Assembly (NCBI GenBank): GCA_964347135.1
Contig: CAYFXA010000003.1
Location: 1-63,970, forward strand
Direction of reading: 5' to 3'
DNA: 63,970 nucleotides
From: an uncultured Gammaproteobacteria bacterium
GTDB taxonomy: Bacteria > Patescibacteriota > Microgenomatia > PFEM01 > JAHIFH01
Positions within the stretch are counted from its first letter, which is position 1. Each line of letters starts with the position of its first letter. Below are positions 8,930-18,400 of this stretch, piece by piece. A program made the translations under genes and the position numbers. The notes below the pieces were generated by a model. The model did no database searches. It was not told where the DNA came from and worked only from the letters and a program-made list of their open reading frames with translations.

Positions 8930-11317
8930 ATGGCGGTACCGAGGACAGGCACCATTTATACCGCCAAGAAACTTCGGTTCAAGCGTTTATCTGCCTCGGG
9001 TTTTTTTGGCAAGATCAAAAAACCAAAAAACTTCTTTGGTTGGTTCGGTTTCATCCTTGAAATTGTTGGTCGTCCTTTCTTTTGGTTGCTTCTAACTTTT
9101 GCTTATCTTCTTTTTCTCCTTATTTCTTCAATTGGTCAACTTGTTTTTTCACTGATTAAGCAGATTGCCAAACTTCCTTATCAAGTCAAACCTTTTATCA
9201 AAACTCTCAACCAGTATCTTTCTAAATTAAAAGTCGCTCTTAAACCACCAAAAATCCGTTTACCAAAAATCAAACTACCCCGTCTCTATCTACCAAAGCC
9301 ATCGAAAAAATGGCTTGTTTTCTTCTTCGCTGCCACTTTCCTTTTCATCATGGCCGTTCTCTTTTTTGTTTATATTCTTAAAGACCTCCCCCATCCTGAA
9401 CGGCTCATCACTCGAGAACAAATCGTTTCCACTAAAATCTACGACCGTCACGGTAATCTTCTTTACAAAATCTATCGGAGTCAAAACCGAACCTTGGTTC
9501 CTTTAAGCGAAATTCCTCTTTCCCTAATTCAAGCAACGATTGCGATTGAGGACGCTGAATTTTATCGCCATTATGGCTTTTCTCCTAAGGGAATTGTTCG
9601 CTCTTTTCTTGCCAACCTTCGCTCAAAAAAGCTTTACGGAGGCTCAACCATTACCCAACAGTTGGTTAAAAATGCCCTTCTCACCCCAGAAAGAACCCTA
9701 AGACGAAAGGTAAAAGAAATCGTTCTTTCTCTTTGGGTAGAAGCTAAATTTTCTAAGGATGAAATTCTTCAAATGTATTTTAACGAAGTCGGCTACGGTG
9801 GAGCAGCCTATGGTGCCGAAGAAGCAGCTCAAATGTACTTTGGTAAATCGGTTAAAGAGCTTGATATTGCCGAATCAGCCCTGTTAGCAGGCTTACCTGC
9901 TTCACCAACGACTTTCTCCCCTTTTGGTGCTCACCCGGAAATGGCTAAATCTCGCCAACTAATTGTTCTTAAAAGAATGAAACAAGAGGGTTTTATTACT
10001 AAAGAAGAATATGAACAAGCTCGGGAACAAGAATTAAAATTCGCTCCCCAAAAAACCGATATCAAAGCCCCTCATTTTGTTATGTATGTTAAAGAGTTAT
10101 TGGTGGAAGAATACGGTTTGAGACAAGTTGAAGAAGGTGGTTTAGAAGTAACTACTTCACTTGATTTAGAGATTCAGAATAAAACCCAAGAATTAGTTAG
10201 CAATGAAGTAAAAAAGCTTTGGCGGCTCCACATTACCAATGGCGCGGCTTTGGTAACCAATCCCCAGAATGGAGAAATTTTAGCCATGGTTGGCTCCCGC
10301 GATTATTTCGATTTAGAAAATGATGGGAACGTCAATGTGACTCTTAGACCTCGACAACCAGGTTCATCCATCAAGCCAGTCAATTATTCTATTGCTTTGG
10401 AAAATGGCTTCACTCCAGCAACAATTATTCCCGACACTCCCATTACTTATCAAACACCAGGCCAACCTCCTTACTCACCCAAAAATTATGACAACCGCTT
10501 CCATGGTAATATTCCTCTCCGGGTTGCTCTTGCTTCTTCCTATAATGTTCCAGCGGTTAAAGTCCTTTCCGCCTTTGGCGTTGATAGAATGGTAAAACGA
10601 GGACAGGAAATGGGAATCACCACTTGGGAAAACCCCTCAAGATTTGGCCTTTCTTTAACTCTGGGTGGGGGCGAGGTAAAAATGGTTGATATGGCAGTTG
10701 TTTACGGCACTCTTGTTAATATGGGCATGCGAGTTGATCTTCAGCCTATTCTCAAAGTCAAGAACTATAAAGGAGAGGTTCTCAAGCAAGATTTAAGACG
10801 ACAAGATACTGAAACCAAAAGAGTTTTTTCTCCCCAAATTGCCTATCTTCTCACCAGTATTCTCTCGGACGAGGCTGCTCGAACACCCGCTTTTGGGGCT
10901 AATTCAATCCTCAATATTCCTGACCATTCCCATGTGGCTGTTAAAACCGGCACCACCCAAAATATGAGGGACAACTGGACAATTGGTTTCACCCAAGACT
11001 ATCTCGTCGCCGTCTGGGTAGGCAACAACGACAACACCCCGATGAGCTATGTTGCTTCAGGCATCACCGGTGCTTCACCTATTTGGAACCAAATCATGAC
11101 CCACCTCCTCAAAGACATCCCTGACAAAGAATTCCCCAAACCAGAAGAATTAAAACAAGTAGAAATCTGCTCCTTAACCGGCACCCTTCCCTGCGAAGGC
11201 TGCGGCGGCAAGCAAGAATTTTTCCTTCCCGGCACAGAACCCAAAGTCCACTGTCATCCAGAAAAAATAAAAGAAATTAGAGAGAGAAAAGAAAAGCCTA
11301 CCCTTGACTCCCAATGA
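8930..11317 (+). CDS. bifunctional class A penicillin-binding protein, tandem paralog with a long N-terminal extension
   Basis: 795 aa. Motifs are EDAEFYRHYGF, GGSTITQQL, SSIKP, SYN and KTGTT. It is collinear with the upstream PBP. About 140 aa of basic, hydrophobic extension precede the TM helix. Confidence 0.9.
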   Translation: MAVPRTGTIYTAKKLRFKRLSASGFFGKIKKPKNFFGWFGFILEIVGRPFFWLLLTFAYLLFLLISSIGQLVFSLIKQIAKLPYQVKPFIKTLNQYLSKLKVALKPPKIRLPKIKLPRLYLPKPSKKWLVFFFAATFLFIMAVLFFVYILKDLPHPERLITREQIVSTKIYDRHGNLLYKIYRSQNRTLVPLSEIPLSLIQATIAIEDAEFYRHYGFSPKGIVRSFLANLRSKKLYGGSTITQQLVKNALLTPERTLRRKVKEIVLSLWVEAKFSKDEILQMYFNEVGYGGAAYGAEEAAQMYFGKSVKELDIAESALLAGLPASPTTFSPFGAHPEMAKSRQLIVLKRMKQEGFITKEEYEQAREQELKFAPQKTDIKAPHFVMYVKELLVEEYGLRQVEEGGLEVTTSLDLEIQNKTQELVSNEVKKLWRLHITNGAALVTNPQNGEILAMVGSRDYFDLENDGNVNVTLRPRQPGSSIKPVNYSIALENGFTPATIIPDTPITYQTPGQPPYSPKNYDNRFHGNIPLRVALASSYNVPAVKVLSAFGVDRMVKRGQEMGITTWENPSRFGLSLTLGGGEVKMVDMAVVYGTLVNMGMRVDLQPILKVKNYKGEVLKQDLRRQDTETKRVFSPQIAYLLTSILSDEAARTPAFGANSILNIPDHSHVAVKTGTTQNMRDNWTIGFTQDYLVAVWVGNNDNTPMSYVASGITGASPIWNQIMTHLLKDIPDKEFPKPEELKQVEICSLTGTLPCEGCGGKQEFFLPGTEPKVHCHPEKIKEIRERKEKPTLDSQ

Positions 11318-11338
11318 TTCTTTTATGTTAAGATTGAT

Positions 11339-12196
11339 TTGGTGAAGAAACCGAAACTTAGTGCATCCAAAGTCGCCTTAATTGCTTTGGTTGTCTCCAC
11401 TTTTTTTGCTGTCTTTATCAAAAAAGGGGCGGGTCCGGATGATGCGACAAAAGCCCTTTTTGGAGCCACAACTTTCCTCTTCGGAATCTTTCTCGCCTTT
11501 TCAATCGCTGACAGTCGCTCGAGATTTAATAAAATAACCACCGCTCTTGAGTTGAATAGGGCTGTCTACCTCAACCTTTACCAATTCTCTGGCATTTTGG
11601 GATCAAAAACGCAAAAGGAAGTCCAAAAATTAATTGACAACCTTTTAATCGACACTCTGGACTATTTTTTGGTTGACTATAAACATTCCAGTAAATCTTT
11701 TCTCAAACTCTTCAAATACGTCATTAATCTTAAGCCTGAAGCCAAAAATGAACAAAGTGCCCACCTCTCGATGGTGAAGATTTTAATTGAAACTACAAAG
11801 AGTAGAAAACAGGTCGAGGCTTTGGTGAGAAGGTCAATGTTGAAATTTGAATGGGTCATCCTCTTCACCCTTTTAACTATAATTTTGTTCTGCCTTTTTT
11901 CTTTGAATAATGGCACTTTGATTTCCACAATTACCACCACCCTCCTTTCAACAGCAGCGATAACTTTAGTTTTTGTTCTCAGAGATCTTGATAATTTGCG
12001 CTGGAAAGAAGAATACGGAATCTGGGACCCGATTGGAGATTTATTCCGCGAGCTAGATCTCTTACCCTATTATCCTAAGACTGTTTTAGATATAGGCAGG
12101 ATCAGATTGAAAAAGGGCCAAAAGGTAAGAATTGCCGAATACCCCAATCCCTATCCCGACATGACAGGGAAAAAAGTCAAAACCGTCGAGGTTTGA
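11339..12196 (+). CDS. hypothetical membrane protein
   Basis: 285 aa, TTG/GTG start. Hydrophobic helices lie at the N-terminus and around residues 170-215. Function not recognised. Confidence 0.45.
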   Translation: MVKKPKLSASKVALIALVVSTFFAVFIKKGAGPDDATKALFGATTFLFGIFLAFSIADSRSRFNKITTALELNRAVYLNLYQFSGILGSKTQKEVQKLIDNLLIDTLDYFLVDYKHSSKSFLKLFKYVINLKPEAKNEQSAHLSMVKILIETTKSRKQVEALVRRSMLKFEWVILFTLLTIILFCLFSLNNGTLISTITTTLLSTAAITLVFVLRDLDNLRWKEEYGIWDPIGDLFRELDLLPYYPKTVLDIGRIRLKKGQKVRIAEYPNPYPDMTGKKVKTVEV

Positions 12197-12199
12197 ATT

Positions 12200-13114
12200 T
12201 TACTCATTCTCAATCTCAAAATCCCACACTGCCTGGGCAATCTGGGGAACCACTTCCAAAGCCTCCTTCTCCCGGGCATCCTTGGTCATAATTACCAAGA
12301 CAAAAGGTTCTTCAGCAAAAATAATGCCTGCATCAGAATAAACTCCATCTAAAGTGCCAATTTTGTGCGCCACTCGAATCCCTTCAGGCACACCCTGGGG
12401 GAGGCGGTCTTCAAAATTAGTTTTGGTCAAAAAACGAAGTAACTCATCACAATGTTCCTGATTAATCAGTTCTCCTTTATAAAGCTTTCTAAAGAGTTCA
12501 CCCACCTCCTCTGGGGTCATTTGCTCAACCAAAATTTCTCCAACTAATTGACGCATCACTTTAAAAGCAGTGTTATCTGAATAATGAGCCATGTACTCAA
12601 TTAACTGGCGATAACTATATTTGGTTCCTGCTGATTTAGAGTAAAGAATTCCCGCCCCTTGAACCTTGTCTGCTTCTTTAAGCGCGTATTCTGTTTCTAA
12701 ATCTAGTTTGTCTTGTTCAGCTTGCTGATAGGCAGCTATCATCACTGGCAATTTATTTAAAGAAGCAGCAGGAAAAACTTTCTTTTCATTTAAACCATAA
12801 TCCTTTCCATCTTCAAGCCGGTAAACATAAACTCCATAGGTGCCAGAAAGATCCTGAGTCAATGCCTTAATCTGCTCTACAACTGGATCGGGATCAAAAT
12901 ATTTCTCAGGCAAACGGGAAATAATTCTTGGAGCCGTAATTCTTTCCCAAATCTTTGGGACTTCTGCCTGAAGATAAAAAAGCGTGCTTGCTAAAACGGT
13001 AATCACAAACAAAGCAATAACTGCCTTTCGGCCATCTCCACGCCTATCCTTTTTTTCCCTTTTTTTTACTGGCTTGACGCCGGGAAAGTGTTGTTGTTCA
13101 GCCTTTAAAACCAT
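12200..13114 (-). CDS. class A beta-lactamase-like serine hydrolase, membrane anchored
   Basis: 304 aa. Motifs are ASLNKLP (SxxK), YSDNTA (SDN) and HKIGT (KxG), with an N-terminal TM helix. Confidence 0.75.
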   Translation of the reverse strand: MVLKAEQQHFPGVKPVKKREKKDRRGDGRKAVIALFVITVLASTLFYLQAEVPKIWERITAPRIISRLPEKYFDPDPVVEQIKALTQDLSGTYGVYVYRLEDGKDYGLNEKKVFPAASLNKLPVMIAAYQQAEQDKLDLETEYALKEADKVQGAGILYSKSAGTKYSYRQLIEYMAHYSDNTAFKVMRQLVGEILVEQMTPEEVGELFRKLYKGELINQEHCDELLRFLTKTNFEDRLPQGVPEGIRVAHKIGTLDGVYSDAGIIFAEEPFVLVIMTKDAREKEALEVVPQIAQAVWDFEIENE

Positions 13115-13115
13115 G

Positions 13116-13478
13116 TCAACAAGTAGTGTGAATTAGAACATTAACTCGTTTGCCTTGCTTAACCAAATCATTGTAACGCTTAACCACTTTAGGAGTAAGA
13201 ACGGTTTGCAATTCGATTTCTTTTTCTTTTAGATTATCCTTAAAATCATCATCAATTCTAACAAGCCCACTCCAACCCGTGGCAATAAGAATCACCTCGG
13301 GATTACCAGAAATCAACTTTTCCTTTTCCCAATCCCCGATTCGGTGAGTCGTGCCAAAAAGCTCGTGTAACTTATCACTTTTTCTTTCAATTACCTCATT
13401 ACCAACAATCAAAACCTGATGATAATCTCTGTCATCAACCTTGACTTTCCCCCAAGAAACTTTATCTATTTTAGGCAT
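13116..13478 (-). CDS. Mth938-domain protein (DUF498/NDUFAF3-like)
   Basis: 120 aa. WGKVKVDDRDYHQVLIV...PEVILIATGWSG...LIHTTC is collinear with the archaeal Mth938 family as I remember it. Confidence 0.7.
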   Translation of the reverse strand: MPKIDKVSWGKVKVDDRDYHQVLIVGNEVIERKSDKLHELFGTTHRIGDWEKEKLISGNPEVILIATGWSGLVRIDDDFKDNLKEKEIELQTVLTPKVVKRYNDLVKQGKRVNVLIHTTC

Positions 13479-13545
13479 AAAAATAGACCTATATCTTTAA
13501 CTTTAAACCTAATTTAAGTATAATATATTCACCAAAAGAAATAAA

Positions 13546-14322
13546 ATGATAGTAGAAAGACCGAAAAAAAAGGTTGAATATTTAAAAAGAAAATTCTTCA
13601 CAACAGAAGACTTGCTTGAACAAGAAGAGCCTGACGAAATCGCCCAAAGATTCTATATCGAAGAATTTCAAATTGAGCCTTTAATTTCCTTTTTCGAATT
13701 CCGATCGGATGAACGTCCCCGAGTAACTTTAGGCTATGGGGGTGGCTCAAATATTAATTTTTATCCTATCAGATACGAAAATTGGGAAGATCTCCACACC
13801 AAATTGAAAATGCACGGGGCTCAACACGTTTACTATGAAAAAAGATTTATTCGTTCGATCGAAGAAGATGAAGTTACTTCTGAAGACGATCTTCTGGCAT
13901 TATCATTAGCCCATGAAATTGTTTTTGATTTAGATCCAGAAAATTATGATTGTCAAAATTGTGGGCCAGCAGTTGACCGTGATTTAGAAACTTTTTGCCC
14001 AGATTGTTTTGTAAACTCATTAAATGACACAATAAAACTTTTTGAATTCTTGGAGAAATTGAAATTCAATAACATCATTCCCGTAAGCACGGGAAGAGGG
14101 TTTCATGTTCACGTTCAAGATGAAAGTACTCTTTCTTGGAGCAAAGAACAAAGAGCAGCCCTAGTATCCCAGGTTCAAGAAAAAGGAATAGCAATAGACC
14201 CTCATGTTACTGTTGAAATGTATCTCATGAGAATGCCCTACTCTTTACACGGAGGAGTAAACAAGCAAGTTGTGCCCCTTACTTTATCTGAGCTTAAATC
14301 TCTTTCTCAACAGGACAAGTAG
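13546..14322 (+). CDS. archaeo-eukaryotic primase (AEP) superfamily protein, PriS-like
   Basis: 258 aa. Motif I is VFDLDPENYD (DxD). A Cys4 knuckle follows (CQNCG...CPDC). Motif II is STGRGFHVHV (SGxGxH). Motif III region is IAIDPHVTVEMYLMRMPYSLHGG (compare D..VT.D..RL.R.P.SLH.K in PriS). Confidence 0.65.
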   Translation: MIVERPKKKVEYLKRKFFTTEDLLEQEEPDEIAQRFYIEEFQIEPLISFFEFRSDERPRVTLGYGGGSNINFYPIRYENWEDLHTKLKMHGAQHVYYEKRFIRSIEEDEVTSEDDLLALSLAHEIVFDLDPENYDCQNCGPAVDRDLETFCPDCFVNSLNDTIKLFEFLEKLKFNNIIPVSTGRGFHVHVQDESTLSWSKEQRAALVSQVQEKGIAIDPHVTVEMYLMRMPYSLHGGVNKQVVPLTLSELKSLSQQDK

Positions 14323-14917
14323 CTACACAAGTAATTCCACATCCTTTACCCAAAATTTTCCTTCTCTCTTTACACTTCCAACGATTAAACCTTCTGTTAA
14401 TCGCTTTGGTAGGGCAATTTGTTTTACAAATGCCACATTGATTACAAAGTTCTTTTTTAAAAGGAGTATCGTGCTTAAACAAGCAATTAGTCAAAACCAC
14501 GCCAATCACTGTTCCAGGTCCCAGTTTAGGATGAAGCAACATTTGATTCTGACCGATACTGCCTAAACCTGCCAAAACAGCTAATTGCCGAAAAGAAATC
14601 ACTCCCACCAAACTCTTTCTATTATATAAATTCTCGGAGATACCCATTCCCCCAAAACCTTTTTTTTCTAAAAAATTAATCAACTTTTTATTAGTCTTAC
14701 TGAGATGATTGTTAAGACTAACAATATACCAAGGGCCATATTGATCTCTTAATTTTTTGAGTTTAAAAAGATAAACAATGGCGGTTTTTGTTTCTGGGAA
14801 GATATTTTTCGGAGTCGAGCCACCAGGGATTTTTTTATATTTTACAACATCCGCAAAGCCAACATCATCCATTCCCAATTTCCTTAAAAAATTTACCATT
14901 TCCTGTCTTAGGCTCAT
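14294..14917 (-). CDS. 4Fe-4S cluster protein, epoxyqueuosine reductase (QueG)/reductive-dehalogenase-like
   Basis: 207 aa. It has the ferredoxin motif CNQCGICKTNCP plus a second Cys cluster (CGITCVATCP). Its 3' end overlaps the convergent AEP gene by 29 nt. Confidence 0.5.
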   Translation of the reverse strand: MSLRQEMVNFLRKLGMDDVGFADVVKYKKIPGGSTPKNIFPETKTAIVYLFKLKKLRDQYGPWYIVSLNNHLSKTNKKLINFLEKKGFGGMGISENLYNRKSLVGVISFRQLAVLAGLGSIGQNQMLLHPKLGPGTVIGVVLTNCLFKHDTPFKKELCNQCGICKTNCPTKAINRRFNRWKCKERRKILGKGCGITCVATCPVEKEI

Positions 14918-14925
14918 AAAAGCTC

Positions 14926-15771
14926 CTATTTAAACTTGGCTGAATGGCCAACGGCGAAATAGATTGTTACTGGTATTTTGTCTTTCTTAGATAATTTTCT
15001 TATCTTTTTTGCCGCCTGGGTGTAAAACTCATCAAATTTCTTTTTATCAAACATAGTCCGGTGCATTTTCAAAAATAATTTGGGGTAGTGCTTTCTCAGG
15101 ACATCCGCTACGCCTGTCCAATTCCCGCCAATGGTGTTAAAACTTTCGGTAAAAACGTGGTTGACGCCAACCTTTTTAAATTCTTTAAAAAGTGCCTCTG
15201 GATTGGTAAAAATTGGCCAATAAGGACCCATCATCGCCAAAACAGTTATCCCTTCATCTGTCAATTTTTTCATTGCCCGCAAGCGACTTTTTACTGTCGG
15301 AGAGGCTGGTTCAACTAGCTTTTTCCATTTTTCATCAAGGGTAGTAATAGTAAAATTGACATCCACTTTTTTAAGTTGCTTCAGTAAGTCAATGTCTCTG
15401 AGAACCATGTCAGATTTAGTCATGATGCTTATTGGGCTCTGATAGTTCACTAGAACTCTCAATATTGCTTCTGTGAGTCTATATTTCCTTTCAAGCGGCT
15501 GATAGGGATCAGTAACGGTGCTAATATAAATTCTTTGCCCTTTATACTTTGGCGAACGCAATTGTTTTTCAAGAACTTGAACGATGTTCATTTTGACATC
15601 AACAAAAGTGCCCCATTCTTCAGTATGACCTGTAAATCGTTTCATAAAACGGGCGTAACAATAACGACAGCCATGTCCACAGCCAATATAGGGATTGATA
15701 CAAAAACCACCACCAGGAAATCCACATTTACCAATGGCAGATTTACAAAGAATTTCCTGAACTTTTATCAT
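14926..15771 (-). CDS. radical SAM protein (SPL/DNA-photolyase-like family)
   Basis: CGHGCRYCYARF is a CxxxCxxC motif. The track start (15813) is a TTG. I prefer the ATG at 15771 (MIKVQEIL), which has TAATAT 7 nt upstream. Confidence 0.8.
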   Translation of the reverse strand: MIKVQEILCKSAIGKCGFPGGGFCINPYIGCGHGCRYCYARFMKRFTGHTEEWGTFVDVKMNIVQVLEKQLRSPKYKGQRIYISTVTDPYQPLERKYRLTEAILRVLVNYQSPISIMTKSDMVLRDIDLLKQLKKVDVNFTITTLDEKWKKLVEPASPTVKSRLRAMKKLTDEGITVLAMMGPYWPIFTNPEALFKEFKKVGVNHVFTESFNTIGGNWTGVADVLRKHYPKLFLKMHRTMFDKKKFDEFYTQAAKKIRKLSKKDKIPVTIYFAVGHSAKFK

Positions 15772-15864
15772 TAAAAATATATTAACATATTTTCGGGTTT
15801 TGTTCAGGAGCAACTTTAAGAGGTTTTTTAAGGAAATTTCGGGTAACAGAAGTGAACAAAACGC

Positions 15865-16848
15865 TTACTTTTTCCAATGATAATTGAGTTTTTTATTAAG
15901 CCAAAAATCAATCTCCTTTTCCTTGATTAACCCTGCTTTGGCACCAAATTGAGTCACAGCCGATGCGCCATTAGAAACGCCAAGCCTCAATGCTTTTTCC
16001 AATTTCCAACCCTTTGCCAAACCGGCAATCAAACCTGCGCCAAAACCGTCACCCGCCCCAGTTGCTTCAACCGTTTTCATTTTAAAACCATCAATAATTA
16101 ATTTTCCTTTTTGGGGAACACAAACATGAGCCCCTTTTGCTCCCTCAGTAACAACAACCATTACTTTGGGTAGGGCCTTACCAATTTTGTTAAAAACTTT
16201 ATCATCAACAATCGTCATTCCCAAAAGCTTGGCTGCTTCTTCACGATTAACAATAAAAACATCAAACTTTTGAGCAACTTCTAAAAGCTTTTTCCTTTGA
16301 CCCAACTCTTTCCTTCCTGGATTAACGGCAATCTTAATATTGTTTTTCTTGGCGTGTTCAACCAGTTCCTCAACCAAATCCAAATTCCCTTCTAAAGAAG
16401 AAAGATAAAACCAAAAAGCATTAAGTTCTTTGAAATTAATCACGGACTTGTCTAACCGAGTCCCACCTCGGTAAACCAGAATCGTTCTTCCCCCATCAGG
16501 AGCCACCAAAATCGTTGAATAATCGGTCTTTTCGTTTTCAACTTGAACCAAAAACCGGTCATCCACTCCCTCTTTTTTAATTTCCTGGCGAACAATCTTT
16601 CCCGCAAAATCCCAACCACAACGAGCCACCACCGCTGCTTTCAAACCCAAACGAGCAAAACCAACAGCCGTATTTGTTCCTCCCCCACCAGAACAAACCT
16701 CTAAACGCTCCACCTCCGCTTTGACTCCATAAGGAACGGCAATCGCTTTATTAGTAAAAAATTCACCTGATTTAATCACTTTAATATCCGGTGAAGTAAC
16801 AAAAGCATCAAGAACAGCGGAACCAAAAGAAATAGTGTCAAATTTCAT
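15865..16848 (-). CDS. PfkB-family carbohydrate/nucleoside kinase (ribokinase-like)
   Basis: 327 aa. It has GGGGTN near the N-terminus and the PfkB signature TGAGDGFGAG near the C-terminus. Confidence 0.8.
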   Translation of the reverse strand: MKFDTISFGSAVLDAFVTSPDIKVIKSGEFFTNKAIAVPYGVKAEVERLEVCSGGGGTNTAVGFARLGLKAAVVARCGWDFAGKIVRQEIKKEGVDDRFLVQVENEKTDYSTILVAPDGGRTILVYRGGTRLDKSVINFKELNAFWFYLSSLEGNLDLVEELVEHAKKNNIKIAVNPGRKELGQRKKLLEVAQKFDVFIVNREEAAKLLGMTIVDDKVFNKIGKALPKVMVVVTEGAKGAHVCVPQKGKLIIDGFKMKTVEATGAGDGFGAGLIAGLAKGWKLEKALRLGVSNGASAVTQFGAKAGLIKEKEIDFWLNKKLNYHWKK

Positions 16849-17738
16849 GATTGGCTAGTTGAATCTTCTGTTGACGGAGTGGTTGCCTTTTCAGCGCTTC
16901 CGAAAAGTTGAATTTTTTCCTCAACCACTTTTTGAACCGCAGCCACTACCGGCGGCATGATTTTGTAAATCGCCACTTCTTCAGAACCCTTAAGAACATT
17001 TTCTAAAGTCTCTCGGTAAGCAACTCGAAGTTCGGTATTAACATTAATCTTCACCACTTTGCCAACAGCAATCGCTTGTTTAATATCCTCTTCTTGTAAA
17101 CCCGAACCACCGTGCAAAGAAAGAAAACAAGGCAACTTGCTAGCAATTAGCTTTAAACGCTCCAAATCAAGCTTGGGTGGTTGGGAATAAGTTCCATGAA
17201 GATTGCCAATAAAAACCGCGAGAATATCTACTCCAGTCTGGCTAACAAAATCAGCTGCCTTTTCAGGATCAGTATAATTGCCACTGGCTTGAAGGGACTC
17301 GGCGTTTTCTTTATGGGGAGCAGACTCACCTAAAATCTTATCAATTTCCCCTTCGACCAAAATCCTTTTCTCATGGGCCTGGTCAACAATCATTTTGGCA
17401 ATCTTGACATTCTCTTCATAAGGCAAACTGGAACCATCAAAATGAATCAAATCAAAACCCGATTCAATCCCCTCTTGAGCTTCTTCCAAACCCAAAGAAT
17501 GATCAAGGTTAGTTAAAACAGGTAAATCCGTTTCTTTTTTGAAATTCTCGATGATAGAGTCAAAATTTTTGTGGCCGAAGAATTTAATCTCTCCTGGTGA
17601 AGCTTCAATAATCAAAGGCGATTTTAACTCCTTTCCCGCCTGAAGAATGCCTTTAACAATCTCTAAGTCGCCAGCATTAAAAGCCCCTAAGGCATAGCCC
17701 CCACTTTTGGCTAAATTTAAAATATCTTGGGCAGTCAT
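16845..17738 (-). CDS. fba: class II fructose-bisphosphate aldolase
   Basis: 297 aa. Motifs are GAFN, LDHS and SLHGGSG. A 4-nt overlap occurs at both ends. Confidence 0.85.
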   Translation of the reverse strand: MTAQDILNLAKSGGYALGAFNAGDLEIVKGILQAGKELKSPLIIEASPGEIKFFGHKNFDSIIENFKKETDLPVLTNLDHSLGLEEAQEGIESGFDLIHFDGSSLPYEENVKIAKMIVDQAHEKRILVEGEIDKILGESAPHKENAESLQASGNYTDPEKAADFVSQTGVDILAVFIGNLHGTYSQPPKLDLERLKLIASKLPCFLSLHGGSGLQEEDIKQAIAVGKVVKINVNTELRVAYRETLENVLKGSEEVAIYKIMPPVVAAVQKVVEEKIQLFGSAEKATTPSTEDSTSQS

Positions 17739-18400
17739 TTCTTCGCTCCTTTAATAATTTCTACTGCTTTGGAGGTGCCAATACGATTGGCCCCTTTTTC
17801 AATAAAAGCAAGAGCGCTTTTGTAAGTGTGAATTCCGCCCGCCACTTTTATCTTAATCTTTCCCCCTACCTCTTTTCTAATTATCTCCACATCTTTTAAA
17901 TTCGCTCCTCTTGGCCCCCAACCAGAGTTGGTTTTAACAAAGTCCGCCCCTGATTTAAGTACCAATCTACTCGCTTTTTTAATCTCTTCATCAGTCAACA
18001 AGCTGGTTTCAATAATAAACTTGATTAAAACACTGCCTTTAATGTTTTTGGCAGCGGTAATCACTGCTTCCATCTCCGCCAACACCTGATCTTTTTTGCC
18101 TCCTTTGAACAAACCCACATTCATGGAAACATCTAGCTCATCCGCCCCTCTTTTAGCGGCTTCAATCGCTGCCAAGGTTTTGATGTTTTGGGTTTCCTGA
18201 CCCAAAGGAAAACTAATCACCGTACCAACAATGCCATCAGCCATTAATTCCCTTGCCAAAGGCACATAAGCGGGATTAACAAAAGCAGCATGAAGACCAT
18301 GCTTTTTCACCTTTTGACAAAGTTCTTTGATATCTTCGGGAGTAGCATCCGGGTGGTGATTAGCAAGGTCAAGGTATTTGGCTAATTCCTTTTTCTTCAT
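17735..18400 (-). CDS. deoC: deoxyribose-phosphate aldolase
   Basis: 221 aa. LIKFIIET and the Schiff-base lysine context FVKTNSGW fit a DeoC-like TIM barrel. Confidence 0.8.
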   Translation of the reverse strand: MKKKELAKYLDLANHHPDATPEDIKELCQKVKKHGLHAAFVNPAYVPLARELMADGIVGTVISFPLGQETQNIKTLAAIEAAKRGADELDVSMNVGLFKGGKKDQVLAEMEAVITAAKNIKGSVLIKFIIETSLLTDEEIKKASRLVLKSGADFVKTNSGWGPRGANLKDVEIIRKEVGGKIKIKVAGGIHTYKSALAFIEKGANRIGTSKAVEIIKGAKK

